Assembly (NCBI GenBank): GCA_965112735.1
Contig: OZ218953.1
Span: 2,604,001-2,668,000, forward strand
Length of the DNA stretch: 64,000 nt
Direction: 5' to 3'
Source of the DNA: Phaeosaccion multiseriatum
Lineage: Eukaryota > Protista > Ochrophyta, other classes
Below the pieces are notes generated by a model. The model saw only the letters and a program-made list of their open reading frames with translations, was not told where the DNA came from and searched no databases. The position numbers were made by a program, and so were the translations under genes. The first letter of the stretch is position 1. Each line of letters starts with the position of its first letter. This document shows, piece by piece, positions 48,088-61,659 of the stretch.

Positions 48088-48349
48088 TCGTCTGTGTTGG
48101 TTCAGCGAGCCACCCTGCCCTTCAAGCGCCTATTCATCGTCAACCCCTGCTGCTGCAACTGCACGCAAGACCAGAGCGGACGATACCTAGCTCTACGCCT
48201 CGCTGGATTCAATTTGATAGGGAAATAGGGGGTGGGGGGAGAGAGAGCGAAGACCAAGAGGCGAAACTTTCAGTTTCAGCTCATTAGGACGGAGGCACAG
48301 AGCGGGCGCCGGGCACCGCCATCCCCCCTCTCTCTCCTCTTTCTCGGCC
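48088..48349. promoter_or_regulatory. Putative bidirectional promoter (USP / MPP-beta)
   Basis: Only 262 bp lie between the divergent ATGs. Similar arrangements occur at 6155-6540, 28631-28962, 33420-33575 and 58969-59398. Confidence 0.55.
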
Positions 48350-50750
48350 ATGGCATCTCTGCGGCGGGGATCTTCCGGTCTCATCCGTCAGCTCCGCGGT
48401 AGGGACGGTCGCCTTCTCCTCCGTAGCAGCAGCCCCGCAGCCGCCGCTCCTCTCTCTACAGCAGCCGCGGCGTCAACCACAACCAACCTACCTTATTATA
48501 TAGTGAACTGCCCGGAGACGAGAGTCACCACCCTGCCCAGTGGCCTCCGTGTAGCGTCGGAGGTGAGAAGTCTCCTTCGTCGTTCCTTCGCTCCTCTCCC
48601 TCTCTCTTTCTCTTTCTCCTCTCTCCCTCCCTCCCCTCTCTCTCTCTCTCTCTCTCTCTCAGGTGCCACCTACACACTCACTTTGCGCTGCTTCTTTCTC
48701 TCTTACTGTCTGTCCTTCTCTCGTCTCTGGCGCCCGCCTGGTCTGTGGCACCATGGTATCTGTTCCGAACCGAGACAGACTTGTCACGGCGCTACCGCGT
48801 CTGTGGGTGTGTGGATCGATGCGGGCAGCCGCTACGAGCTGGCGCAGAACAACGGCGCCGCCCACTTTCTAGAGCACATGGCCTTCAAGGGCACGGACAA
48901 GAGGACACAGATGGGGTTGGAGATGGAGGTGGAGAACATGGGCGCTCACCTCAACGCGTACACGTCCAGGGAACAGACCGTCTACTACGCCAAGGTAAGG
49001 AGAGAAGAGGAGAGTAGAAGCTTTGAGCTATAGGGAACAGACAGTTACTACGCCTCTCGAAATCCTCTTTCTCCGCCTCCTCCTCTGCCTCTTCTTCTTC
49101 CTCCCGATCAGCGTGAGACCTCCTCCATTCTTGGTGGTGGTCCCCCCTCTCCTTTCTGGTTGCCCCCGTTTGCTCTTGACACACACATAACCCAACTGTG
49201 TGTTGTATGTACTTGCTGCAACGAAAGGTGTTTGAGAACGGGGTGGGCCCCGCGATGGACATCCTCAGCGACATTCTCACCAAGAGCAAGCTGGAGGAGA
49301 TGGCCATAGAGAGGGAGAGGAATGTCATCTTACGAGAGATGGTGGAGGTCAACAAGCAGCAGGAAGAGGTACGTGGGTGTGGCAACATGATGGATGGTTG
49401 GTGGCGCAGCAGAGCCGTATGTATATCACATCTGTAAGAGTACTGTTCTTTTGTTGCTCCTCCCCTGTTGGGTGGTTGCTGCAGCTAATCACAGAGGGTA
49501 GTGTTTGCCCCGGCCCCGCCCCGTCTCCGCCTGCCCTCTTCATTACTACACTCCAATACAATTACCACACCAAACACCACCACACCGCACCGCACCTCCA
49601 CCACACGAGTATGGGAGCTGCTTGATAACGTCAAAAAGCTGAAACCTGAAACTGAAAGACTCCCCCACACCTCCCCCCATGCTCCCCCCACAACTTCAAG
49701 GTGATTCTGGACCACCTGCACGAGGTTGCCTTCCAAGGGACAGGCCTGGGCCGGACCATTCTCGGCCCCGAGGAGAACGTTCAGAACCTCACGCGCAAAG
49801 ACCTCAACGACTACATTACCACACACTACACGGCACCGCGAATGGTGGTGGCAGGGGCAGGCGCGGTGGAGCACGATGAATTGGTGGAGTTAGCACAGGA
49901 GTACTTTGGCCATCTGCCGTCCGCCCCGCCGGCCAATGCCAATGTGGGGCACGACCCGGCAGTGTTTACGGGGAGCGACAAGCGGGTGCTGAACATGAAG
50001 GACGACAAGGCGTACATTGCGCTGGCCTACGAGGGCACCAGCTGGCAGTCGGAGTACGCGTTTCCCCTGATGGTCATGCAGACGGTGGTGGGTGGGTGGG
50101 ATCGGCTCGGGGCCGACGGAGGAGCGGACTCGTCCCAGTCGCAGTCCCTGTCTCAAAGGGGCCTGTGCCACTCCTACAACACCTTCAACACTTGCTACAA
50201 GGACACGGGCATCTTCGGCCTGTACATGGTGGCACCTCCGGACAAGGTGTGTGTGTGCCCTTTTTTTTTTTACACGGGAGAGGGGAGAAGCTGGTGATAC
50301 ATCTGATGGCCATGCGTTGATTGATCGATCAGAGATCTGACTCATCTGTGCCCGCCCGCCCTCCCTGTGATGTACTCTCCCTCTCCCCCTCTCTCTCTTA
50401 AGGTGGAGGAGTTAGTCTTCTCCGCCGTGGACAACCTCGTGCGCCTCTGTCACGCCGTTACCGCAGAGGAAGTAGAGCGAGCCAAGACACAACTGAAGTC
50501 CAGCATGGTTATGCAGCTCGACTCATTCGCCCACGTGTGTGAAGACATTGGCCGACAGATGCTCACCTACGGCCGCCGCATGAGCCCGGCCGAGATCTCC
50601 AGCCGCATCGACGCTGTGGATGTGGAGGATGTGAGGCTGTGTGCGCACCGCTTCATCAATGACCAGGACCACGCCATGTCGGCGCTCGGACAGATTCAGC
50701 ACCTGCCCAGCTACGATGCCATTCGGAGCCGGGCGGTATACACGCCTTGA
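48350..50750 (+). CDS. MPPB: Mitochondrial processing peptidase beta subunit (M16B)
   Basis: Exons 48350-48562, 48779-48994, 49228-49368, 49701-50246 and 50403-50750. It has an Arg-rich presequence, [29 protein letters not shown], the zinc-binding HFLEH motif, [15 protein letters not shown], and [13 protein letters not shown]. Confidence 0.97.
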
Positions 50751-51446
50751 AGCCTCCCTTATGCCTTGATTCATGAGGGAGAGGTTGTGTTGTTGGCCGT
50801 TAGATATGTTCAAGATGTGCCGCACCTCATCTTCGATACGTAATAGTGCTCGCAATTGAATTCAATAGTCTATTACTACTGTGGACCACCCTTTGTCGTC
50901 TCTCTTTTGTTACAAAACTTCTCTCTCTACCTACTGCGCCGTGCTTGCTGTTGCTCTCTCCCTCCCTCCCTCCCTCCCTCCCCGCCCCTGCCTGTCCCGC
51001 CCCGAGGGAGTGGATGCAGTTGTATGGCGCTTACATTCTACTCGCTATGATGCTCTTCTATTCTCTTGCTCTGCCTCTGTCCTGATTCGCCGCGTCCTCC
51101 TCTTGCCGACCGCTACTCTTGATTGCCGCCCCAAGTTCCAACGACACCCTTTCCTCCCCCGCCCCCTCCCCGCCTCCCGCCGCCAGTGCTGTGTGTCCTC
51201 GTCTGCCTCAGCATGTTGTCCTGTCCGGTGCAAAAGTTGGTCGTTGCCTACCACCCCCCACCCCCCGGGGGCCTCCCCCCCCCCCCCTTCTTCCCCTCCT
51301 TTCCAATACTATACATGTCTCTGTCCTCCCCCACCAAAGCTCCCCCTCGCGTACGATGCAAGTACATAAAATGTGTGTCATTTTCCTGTGCACATCTCCC
51401 CAGGCCTGTCGCAATGCCTCTTGCTCCTCTCCGGGGAGTGTTCGCC

Positions 51447-54400
51447 TCATTTCAGCGGGGCGCGACCTTCCCCGCCTGCCTTAGACGAGGCGGCACCAGC
51501 AGCACCAGCAGCACCAGCAGCACCAGCAGCACCAGCAGCGGCGTCCGCAGCAGAGACGTCCGAGAGCCCCTTGGGGTGGAAGCTGTGCGTGGACCCCACA
51601 GAAGGACGGCAGGCGGAGCACAATGGCAAGAATGGGGTGAGAAATCTTACCATGCGCGTGCGCGTGCGTGAGTAAGTGTGCGTGGGTGGGTGCGTGGGTG
51701 GGTGGGTGGGTGCGTGCGTGCGTGCGTGTGTGCGTACGTACCTGACAGCCCGACTGATTTCCATGGCGTGCACCACCCAAGCCAGCATGAGCTCGGGGGT
51801 CTGCAGGCGGAGCTTCAGCGTGCATGATGACTCCGCCTTGAAGAAGCCTGCGATAGAGGAGTAGAGGGCACAAGAGAGGGTAAGGTGTAGGCAGGCAGGC
51901 AGGGGTGGTGGGAGTAGCTAGGAAGGGGAGGGGCTCGCGATAGGCGATGACGACTGAAACGGCGCGTGGAGCAACGCAGGGGAGCGATCAATCTCCGAGC
52001 AAGAATGACGGCTCTATAAGTAGCGACCCACCTTTCAAGCCCGCATTCTTCAGAGCCCCGGTGAGGCTGAGCTGCCGCTTGTAGTCCGGGTGGGGGGTGT
52101 CTGTCAGCGGGCGGTCGTCCCTCGGCTGAACTGTGTTGTGCGTGAGGTCGAGCGACAAGGCGGGGGCGAGCAACGCGGCGGTCTGCTCCTCCTTGTCGAA
52201 GCGCGTTAGCGTCTTGATGTCGAGGGGCGGAGGAGTGAGGCCATCGAAGGCGGGCCCGATGGCCGCTTCAGGGACAGGAGCGTGGGGTGCAGCAGCCGCC
52301 TGAGGGGAAGCAGCAGAAGTAGTAGCAGCCTGCGTCTTCTCCTCTTCCCTCTCCTCCTGCCCTGCACCAGCACGGGGGTGCTGCACATCGAAGAGATGCA
52401 GCCAATTGGACTTGGTGAGCACGGCGATGCCCTCAGTCCACTGGCTGCTGGCCAGGATGTCTCCTCGCTTGTACTCCACCCAGTCCGCAGTGAGCAGCAG
52501 TGGGGAGGATCCGTCACTCGCGACCATGTCCGAGTCACGAGCCCTGCTGGGCGGGCCGGGCATAGGTGCCGCTCTCTCCTCCCAGACCTCTTGGACTACG
52601 TCACAGGCGAAAGCAGCCGCCGCAGCAGCGGTCGCAGCGGCATCCGCAGCAGCCGCGTCCGCAGCAGCAACCGCTTCTGCACCGCTGAGTCCCTCCGCCG
52701 CCTCCTTGTCCTTCTCCTCCTCCTTGTCCTTCTCCTCCTCCTCCTGCTGCTGCTGTATCACCAACTGCTGCTCCTGCTGGGGAGGGGTGTAGGTGGCCCT
52801 CTCTGCTGCTTCGGCTCTCTCTGCGATCTTGTCCTCAAGCTCTTGGCGGAGCTGAGCCGGCTCCACGGGGATCCGCGCCAAGGCCTCGTGGAAGGGCGCG
52901 GCAAACTTGCAGGCATACACAGAACATAGGAGAGACAATCGAAGACAAGGCACGCATGAGCTGCAGGAGCTGCCAGGATGAGGTGAACTGAAATGTCACA
53001 ATCAATGAACGGCATTGTGGAAAGAGCTACTCGCTCCTAAGTAAAAACCACCTTGCTCTTGTTGCTTGCTTCAATTCAATACTCAGAAGAGCCCAAGCGC
53101 GCGTTAGGTGCATTTCCCTCGGGAGACACGCACGCACTCACGGCGGGAGGGGAGGAGTTGCACTTCGCCCCCCACCAAAGGGTGAAGAGGATAGCGATAG
53201 GGGCAGTGGAATACTCGTTGTCTCCACACAAGGTCACCGACTCCCCTCTCCTCGCCTCACTCACCTCGGCCATTCCGAGGTCTCCCGCCTTGCACTGCTC
53301 GTCCACCATGCTGGACAGACCTTGCATCAGAGTGGCGCGGCGCTTCAGAACCAGGTCACTTGAGGTACAGCGGCACCAAGGGCGACACAGAGACCAGAGA
53401 CAGAGGCCAGACACAGTAGAGAGCAGACACAGAGATGAGGGAAAAGAGGCGAGGCGAGGCAAGGGAGGAGCAAACACAGACAGTTCGCCAGCACGGATAC
53501 ACAGCAAGCAAGCGAGTTGGCAAGGCACGTATAGCAAGCACGCTAGCAAGCAAGCAAGCAACGGAGCAACCTGCGCATTCACTGGGCGAAGAGAGAACCC
53601 TCTTCAGGTTTGGTTTGTTTGTGTGATCGATACGCACTCACTTGACGTCGTTGAAGATGCCCCGCAGCAGCTTCGTGGACGTGTCCCACACTTTCCTCAG
53701 CTTCTCGGCCGAGGCGTAGTAGAGCAGTTCCGCGAGCCACTGGTCTGAGTACGCGGCCATGGGCAGATCGCGGGAGCCGTTCTTCTCGCGAAGCTCTGTA
53801 CGAGTACCGTAACGGGCATCACACAGCTGGCCCCAGGAGCTGGTGGCGTGTTCAAAGCAGCACATGGCAAAAAAACTAAGCCGAGACACGTCAAGTCAGC
53901 AACACACCCCTACCTTCCTCCTCCTCCACCACCTCCTCCCCCCCCCCCCCTCCTCCTCCCCCTCCTCCTCCGCTTTGCTCACCGACTGACGAAGTCCTTC
54001 ATGCCGGGCTGCACAGAAAACGCCTCCTCCGCATCGTGCAATAGCGTGATCTGGACCGCTCGCGATTCCTCCTGGAGGGCCCTGAGCGGCTGAATGATAT
54101 CCTTCTCTAAGAAGGAAGAGTACGTAGCGAAAATGTTTCCACAGGAAAGGTCCAGGTGTTTCAGTTGCTTCACGATTCGCCCTGCCATGCCGGCCGGCGG
54201 GGCGGCCATGGCCGGCCTCGGACTCGATGGACTTGTGGAGCTTGCGGAGGAGGAGCTGGGGTCGCTTCCGGTCTTGCTTGGCAGCTCGACGAGTGCGGCG
54301 GCCCCTGCCTGGAAAGATGCAGCACGAGCTGGAGGGGGGGAGGACGTACATGAGGGAGACATATACACCGGCGGACGGGGGGTGGCGGCGATGCCAGAGG

Positions 54401-55157
54401 CAGAGGCATTGTAAGTAAGAAGTAAGAGAAGTGGCAGTAGGCGAGGTGCTTGGCTGGGAGGGTTGGGAGGGAGCCTGGCTCGTCATCGACCGGCCATCAT
54501 GCATGTCCAGGAACGACACGAAAAAAGGTACTCAGGCTATCACGTGTCTTGGGGGCCACGCTCACCTTCGAGGTAAGTGATGGCATAGTCAAGGGCCTCC
54601 TCGGACTCCTGGACCGCCTCTTTGGAAGCAGCGTAATACTCCCTGAGGACAGAACGTCGAGAGAGGGAGGGAGGGAGAGAAAGACTTACAACTAACAGAG
54701 CGAGAAGGCGGAAGGCAGGAGAGAAAGGAGAGGAGAGAGAGAGTGGGGGGGGCGGGGGCGAGACATTCAGATAGGAAGGGAGAGGGGGCGCAGGGGGGCA
54801 GAGAGAGAGAGGAGATGGGGGGGAAGAGCACCTGAAGCTCCGCTGTTGCTTTCGATAGAATGTTTTCCTATCCTCTTCGAAGGCCATGGCTAAATCAAAG
54901 CTCTCTGCTCTCGTGAGGGGGGGGGGGGTTGGAGCGGCTTGGGTTGGGGCGGCTTGGGTTGGGGCGGCTTGGGTTGGGGCGGCTTGGCCTGGGGAGGCCT
55001 TGGAACCCAACCCGCTGATGGCCATGGCCTTCTGCCAAGGACCCCCTTCAGCCTCTTTCGCCTCTTTTGCCTCCGCTGTTTGCTCGGCGGAGAGGGGGTG
55101 GAAAGACGCCGGAGTGTCCTCCCCCTTCACACTTCTTCCAGACCCTTGGGGTTTCAT
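51447..55157 (-). CDS. BAR-like helical region + C-terminal PH-domain protein (Slm1-like architecture)
   Basis: Helical exons (YSSFLEKDIIQPLRALQEES; DQWLAELLYYASAEKLRKVW; VLKRRATLMQGL) are followed by a PH-like segment (WVEYKRGDILASSQWTEGIAVLTKSNWLHLFD..PALSLDL..LKLRLQTPELMLAWVVHAM). About 8 exons. Confidence 0.6.
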
Positions 55158-55304
55158 TCTCTATTCTTTATACTACTTAGAAGTACAGTAAAAGACTACC
55201 ACCATGAGAAAAAAAAGGGTTCTCCCAGCCGATGAAAGTTGTCCGGAAATCGTGAGCTACATAAGCATTCCATGACGTCTTTTCTTTTCCCTGCGCGACG
55301 CTGC

Positions 55305-56157
55305 TTAGTCGTCCGCCGGATAGAGATATCCTCGATTCATTAGGTCGGTGAGCAGCTGCGAACAGGGGACAAGCGCGCACAGGGACAAAAGGCCAGGAGG
55401 ATGAGCGCAGGGTTTGCCGGAAGAAGTAAGACATACAGCCCCACATTCCAAAACAGAGCAGAGCAGAGCAGAAAAAAGGGGAGGGGGGGCGCGCATCGCT
55501 GGACCCTCCACACGCAAGTCAGCCAATCGCATTGCCCCTCCCCTTCTCTCTCCCTCGCCTTCTTTTCCTCCTTCCTTCCTTCCTTCCTTCCTTCCTTCCT
55601 TCCTTCCTTACCTCCGCGAACCCTTCCCGCGCCAGGAGAGGGCGTAGATCCACCGCCGACAGTCGCCCTGCCCTGCACAGCTCCGACACGGCAGGCTCGA
55701 GCCCCCTGGGGAAGGGCAGGCTGGTGCCGTCCACGAACAGCAGCGAGGGCTGCGATGTGTAGGCGAAGGTGAGTCCTTCACATCGGTATAGGAAAGGCCC
55801 CTGCACCCCCTCCTCATCGACCTCCCCTCCCCCCCCCTCCTTCCCCTCCTTCCCGTCGTCCTCCTGACGCACGTTCACCGCGTCCAAGAAGGCGGCGGGA
55901 CTTGCGAAGGACCTGTGCAGCGGGGGTTGGGCGAATGAGGGTGCGGGATTGGTCGTGGTCGGATAGACGTAAACGAAACACAGAGAGGCCCGTAAGAGCC
56001 CCCCTCTCCAAGCCAAGTCACACTCCTTCCTCGCAGACCCTCTCAGTCGTCTCCCACCATGCAATTTACAAACAACCAACCAATCAAACGAAACAAATAC
56101 TCGACAAACACGCCGACATAATCTGCCTTCGATCGATCTATCTATCGCCGTGTGTGT

Positions 56158-56229
<72 letters not shown>

Positions 56230-56413
56230 GGTGTATGTGTGTGTGCGTGCGTGGGTGTGTGTGTGCGTGTGCGAGCGGCGTGAACTTACGCCGAGAGCTC
56301 GTCCTGATCCTCCAGGGGCAGCGGGTAGTCCGTGTGATCCCTGCTTGCCGTGGTGAACCATTAAGAGAGGGGGAGAGTGAGCTGACACAGACGGCGCAAT
56401 ATTGGTCCAACAC

Positions 56414-56452
<39 letters not shown>

Positions 56453-58370
56453 TCCTCGCCTGTCTCCTCCGTGTTTCCTCTCTTCTGCACGCCGCTACAC
56501 GTCCACTGATAAAAGCTGTAAAGGAAGAGGTATACAAGCCCGAACGCACGCACACACGCACACACAACTGCCCCTCCCCTCCCCTCCCCTCCCCGTCCGT
56601 GAAGAGTGCCAGAGAGCATCACGGCCTCCTTCACCATGCTGTGCTGTGCTGTGTCTGTACCTCCACACCCACCTGCGCGATCTAGAGACGGTCTCCCCGA
56701 ACCATTGAGCGAAGAAGGCGTCATCCTCTAGGGCCGCCTCGAGCTGCGCCCTCACAGCGCCCTTGGCCTTGGCCAGCGCCGTCGGACAGATAAGGCCGGG
56801 GCTCTGAGGAGGGGAGGGGAGGAGGAGACAGAGGAAAGGAGGGGTGGAGGGGGGGGTGGGGGGTTACAACACTCACTTTTCCACACAAACACACATGGGC
56901 AAATGCACACGGGGCGATTCACACGCGACAGAGAGGCGCATGGAGGGGGGTGTGAGGGGGAAGGGGGCGGACGGGGAGGAGACATCCCTGCAGCCCCCGT
57001 TCAAAGACTCGAGCCGTGACCAGACGCCCACCTTCTCCACATCCACATCCACATTCTCATCCACACGCCTCTGACGAGCATCTCTCTCTCTCTCTCCCTC
57101 TCTTTCTTCCTTTCTCGCGATCCTTAAGGCCTTCCTTCCAAGTCAGTCCGTCCTACTCACCCTGGTGGGGGTCAGTTCCGGGTCTGTCATCATGAGCCCT
57201 CTCTCTAGACGCTGCTCCACCACCTCATCGCAGAGACCCGTGATCAGCTCCTGCACCGCGGGAGCTCGGAAACCGATGGAAATGGTCATGCAGCCCTCAC
57301 CCACTCCCACCCCGTGGTGAGACACACCCGGAGGCAAATACAGCATGTCTCCCGGGCTGAGCTCCCACGACTGATCAGCCTCGAAGCCCTGTAGTACGCG
57401 AAGGTTCACGTCGGGAACCTGTCTGTCTTCCTCCACCCCTGGGGACACCACCTGGTTCTCGATGCTCCACCGCCTCCTGCCACTGGACTGGAGGAGAAAG
57501 ACGTCGTATCGGTCGACGTGCGGGCCCACACTTCCCCCCTCCGAGGCGTAGCTAATCATTATATCGTCGATTCTCCAGGAGGGGATGAAGTTAAAGTGCT
57601 GTAGCAAGTCGCTCACCTGTGGGCAGAGTAGCAGAGCACAAATGGGGTTGACTTTAGGGTGTGGGGGTAGGAAGAGGAGGAGGAGGAGGAGGAGGAGGAG
57701 GAGGAGGAGGAGGAGGAGGAGGAGGAGGAGGAGGAGAAGGAGGAGGAGGAGGAGGAGGAGGAGGAGGAGGAGGAGGAGGAGGAGGAGGAGGAGGAGGAGA
57801 GGAGGAGGAGGAGGAGGAGGAGGAGGAGGAGGAGGAGGAGGAGGAGGAGGAGGAGGAGGAGGAGGAGGAGGGGAGCTTCTCTTCACCAGATGCAAGGCAC
57901 ACACCAAGAGCCCCACAGAGGAGGCGAGGCCACACACACACATACAAATACATCTAATATCTATATTATACGTACATATCCCATGAGCTGAGCTCCCCAA
58001 GCCTCCCATACACCTTTATACCTTCGGGATGTGGCGATTGACCTCGTTGACGAGCAGCGTCCAGGCACCTTGAAGGGTGGCAAAGTCCTCCTCGCTGAAA
58101 GGCCCGTACTCGACGGCCCACTTGCTACCGGACCTCTTTCCTCCTCCTCCCATGCTGCTGATGCTGGTACTACCCCTTACTATCCGACTCTCCACGTCCT
58201 CTGCGCACGACAGCCCTGCCAGCTCGTCGGCCGATATCAAGGCCTGCAAGGCTTCCCCGTCGAAGGCCCCCTTCAGCAACACCTTCGGTCGCCATGATGG
58301 GAGAGGGAAGGAGAAGCAATCCATCCGAACAGGCCAAGCGCCAGGTGAGGTGGTGTAGGTTACGACAAGA

Positions 58371-58414
<44 letters not shown>

Positions 58415-58968
58415 GAGGAGGAGGAGGAGGACATCGCAGTGAGGAAAACTGAGGAGGTCGCTGTGTGTTTCCCATATGGCTCCCACCTGCCTTCGGGTGG
58501 CAGAGTGTGCGCGTCTTGTGCGAGCATTTGGATAGAAGTGTCACGCCAAGTCTCTGTCTGTGAGTGACTCACCGGTTTCTTCTGCCAGTGGGCGCGGAGC
58601 AGCCTGTCGTGGTGTGCTGGACCGAAGCCGCCGTCAGCCCCGACGTCCCATACCGTTGCCACTGCGTCTATTTGTGCCGCCTGTGCAGTGCCACCTGACG
58701 CTGCTGCCTCAGCCTTTCCTTTTGCCGCTGCTGCTGCTGCTGTTGCAGCCCTCCCGGATGCCCTCCTTGATCCCCGTGTACAAAAATCTCTTCCACTGGC
58801 CAGACTTCTCTGCCGCTGAGGACCATGATTATGAGCTTGCCTCGACAGTGACGGGGCTCCCCTATTGGTCGATGCTGGAAGACCTGTGAAGCCGACACAG
58901 CACCCGATGCAGCCGCAAAGGGCGATCACAAAGAGCATGTCCACCATCCTTCCACATGGACTGCCCAT
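55305..58968 (-). CDS. roxA: Bacterial-type JmjC ribosomal oxygenase (RoxA/YcfD-like, uL16 Arg hydroxylase family) with a putative plastid presequence
   Basis: Motifs HWQKKP|VLLKGAF, ISADELAGLSCAEDVESRIV, WTLLVNEVN, FIPSWRIDDIMISYASEGGSVGPHVDRYDVFLLQ (HxD) and LSPGDMLYLPPGVSHHG..CMTISIGFRAP. The C-terminus is LLTDLMNRGYLYP. The N-terminal signal is MLFVIALCGCIGCCVG-F. Confidence 0.88.
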
Positions 58969-59398
58969 GGGTGCGGTTTGTCTTCGTAAGCGAAAGCGCC
59001 TCCTTCGTCTTTCTTCAAGGAGACAGATTCACGCAAAGAGGCGACGCGAGTGAGACTCATTCACGTGAGGATGCCAAAGGATGTATAGGAAGAGCGGCTT
59101 CACGACGGAGGACGAATGAGAGGTCGTGGTTAGGTTCTTACCTAAGCATGCATCACCCTTCAGTGATCATCCGGTTTGCGAGGCTCATAGCAAGCGGACG
59201 GGAGTAGATAATGATGTAGTTAAGCTTTAGAGGGGAAGCGAAAGGGACAAAGGGAGCAGGCTTGGGGAGGGGAGAGTGAAGTTTAAACGTGGGGAAGTTG
59301 GTGCTCGATCTCTGCCAATTGTGACCCATGGCTCGCCCAATCTCCCGCCCGCCAGCGCGCAGCTCGTTCTGGGGCGGGCTCAGTGCCCTGCTTGGAGG

Positions 59399-59556
59399 AT
59401 GGCGCCCGGTTTTGATTCTATAGCGGCCTTGAAGACGAAGAAGGATTTCGACAGGGCACAGGAGAGACTAGAGAAGCTCGCAGATCAGGTATGTTTGAAG
59501 AAGAGAGAGAGAGAGAGAGGTCGGGGGAACAAGCCTCAAGCTCACACATGTATCCT

Positions 59557-59594
<38 letters not shown>

Positions 59595-61618
59595 CCTCCT
59601 CCTTCTGCCTCCTCCCTTCCGATGACCCCCCTTCTCTCCGCTCTACACTCAAACGCTCCAACGCACCCTGACTTTGTCATCCTGTCTCTCTGTCTCTCCT
59701 CTACCTCCCTCTACGGCCGCTCCATATCTTTGTCCCTATCAGGTGATGCCGCTGTGCATAAAACGCAATTGGAGGATAGGGAAGCTCCTGGAGTTCCAGC
59801 CAAAGGACGCCGGCCTCCTGGGCATGAACTGCAACAGAGGGTCCAAGATTCTGATCAGACTGCGCTACAATGGCAGCGGTGAGTTTCCATGCACGAGGGG
59901 AGAGCACGCCTCCTTCCACAGAACATACCTCATTGCGAGGGGCGAGGCCTTTAGTCCAGGCCACGAGCATTGGATCGCCTCGAACCAACCCCCCCCCTCA
60001 CGATCACAATTCAGTCCGCTCCACTCACTCGCCGAACATCTTTTTCCATACACCCACACCTCTCTGTCTCGGCTCCCTGCTGCCATTCGACAACTCTCAA
60101 GACGCCCTCCTCCCCTACCCGGACACGCTGCACACAATGCTGCACGAGCTTGTCCACAACGAGATTGGCTCGCACAGCGCGGACTTCTACAGAATGTTGG
60201 ACAAGCTCACCGATGAGTGCTTTGAGCTCATGCGCCAAGGTCGGTCAGGGAGGGCGGGGGGGGGGGGGGGCTTTGGGCAAACTGGGAGGCCTTGGGGTCT
60301 CATGGGGTCGAGGAGAGGAAGGGGTCGGGGGAAAGGCCACACAGTTTGTCGTCTCCGCTACTCGAATCCTCCGTCAACCAAAACCCTTCCTCTTACTCTG
60401 CTCTCCATCTCGCACCCCCTCAGGAATTACTGGCAAGAGAATGCCTTTCATGGGAGCGGGGCAAAAGCTGGGAGGTGCGGTCACGGCTCCTGACAGGAGG
60501 AGTGCCGCGCGAGGAGCAGCAGAGAAGCGTCAGAAAGTCGCCGGCATCATGGGGGCTCCAGGCGGACACAAGCTGGGGGGGGGGGGGGGAGACGCGGGAG
60601 ACGTGGAAGCCCTTAAGGCGGTCATGCTCGCGGCGGCGGAGCGGAGGAGGCAGGGCGGGGCCGACAGTGGATGCGTGCACGTGCTGGGAGGGGCGGGGAA
60701 CGGCGAATGTGGTGGTGGCGGGGAAGGAGGCGGGGAAGGAGGCGGGGGAGGGTGCGAGGGAGGCGGGAGTAGCACTACGAGTGGCAGCTGTGCAAGCGGG
60801 GCGGGCGGCGCGGATGATGGAGTAGACTGGACATGTGAACTATGCACCCTCATCAACCCAGGCATCTTCCTCGCGTGTGGCGTGTGTGGCAATGCCCGCT
60901 CGGCGGCAGGGTCGGCAGAAGGAGAAGAAGAAGGAACCGTCGCCACGAAGCGTGGACGCAATGGTGAGGAGAGTCGGGAGGGAAAGCATGTGTGAGATGA
61001 CCTCGTTAGGAAGCGGTGGGGGAGGCGGGGAAAACAGCGAACCATGTCTCTATGCGAGCCGCGCCGCCCCCCGTCTTTTGCTTCTCCTCACCTCAAAATG
61101 GCTAACCCATCACCTGATCCTCCTTCCCTCTTGTCCCTGGCTGCGCTGCTCTCGTCCCGTTGATTGTGCTTCTCCTCGCAGGCTCTGAGGGGAGTAGAGG
61201 GGCAGCAGCGGCAGCGGGGGCAAGCTCCACCAGCGTCAAGAGTGGCGACAAGAGCCGCAGCACAGGCATCAAGAGCAGGAGCAGGAGCAATGGCAGCAGC
61301 AGTAGCAGCAGCACCAGTAGCAGCAGCAGCAAACGTATCACCAGCAGTGGTAGCACCGGCAGCAGTACGGCGCGGACGACCCTCCCTCCGGGCCCGTCGT
61401 TGCTGAGTGCGCAGCGGTGCTGGAAGTGCCCCGTGTGTCAGTTCCAAAACCTGTCCCCCGTGGAGCTGTGCGGCGGCGACGGCTGCAGAGCGGAGCGGCC
61501 CGACCCCGTCCTGCAGGCCTACTTGGACAAGAGGATAGCCAAAACTGTGGAGGACACGGGGCTGTGCGTGGTGAAGCCCCCACCGAAGCCGAAGGAGAAG
61601 CAGCAGCAGCAGCACCAT

Positions 61619-61659
<41 letters not shown>

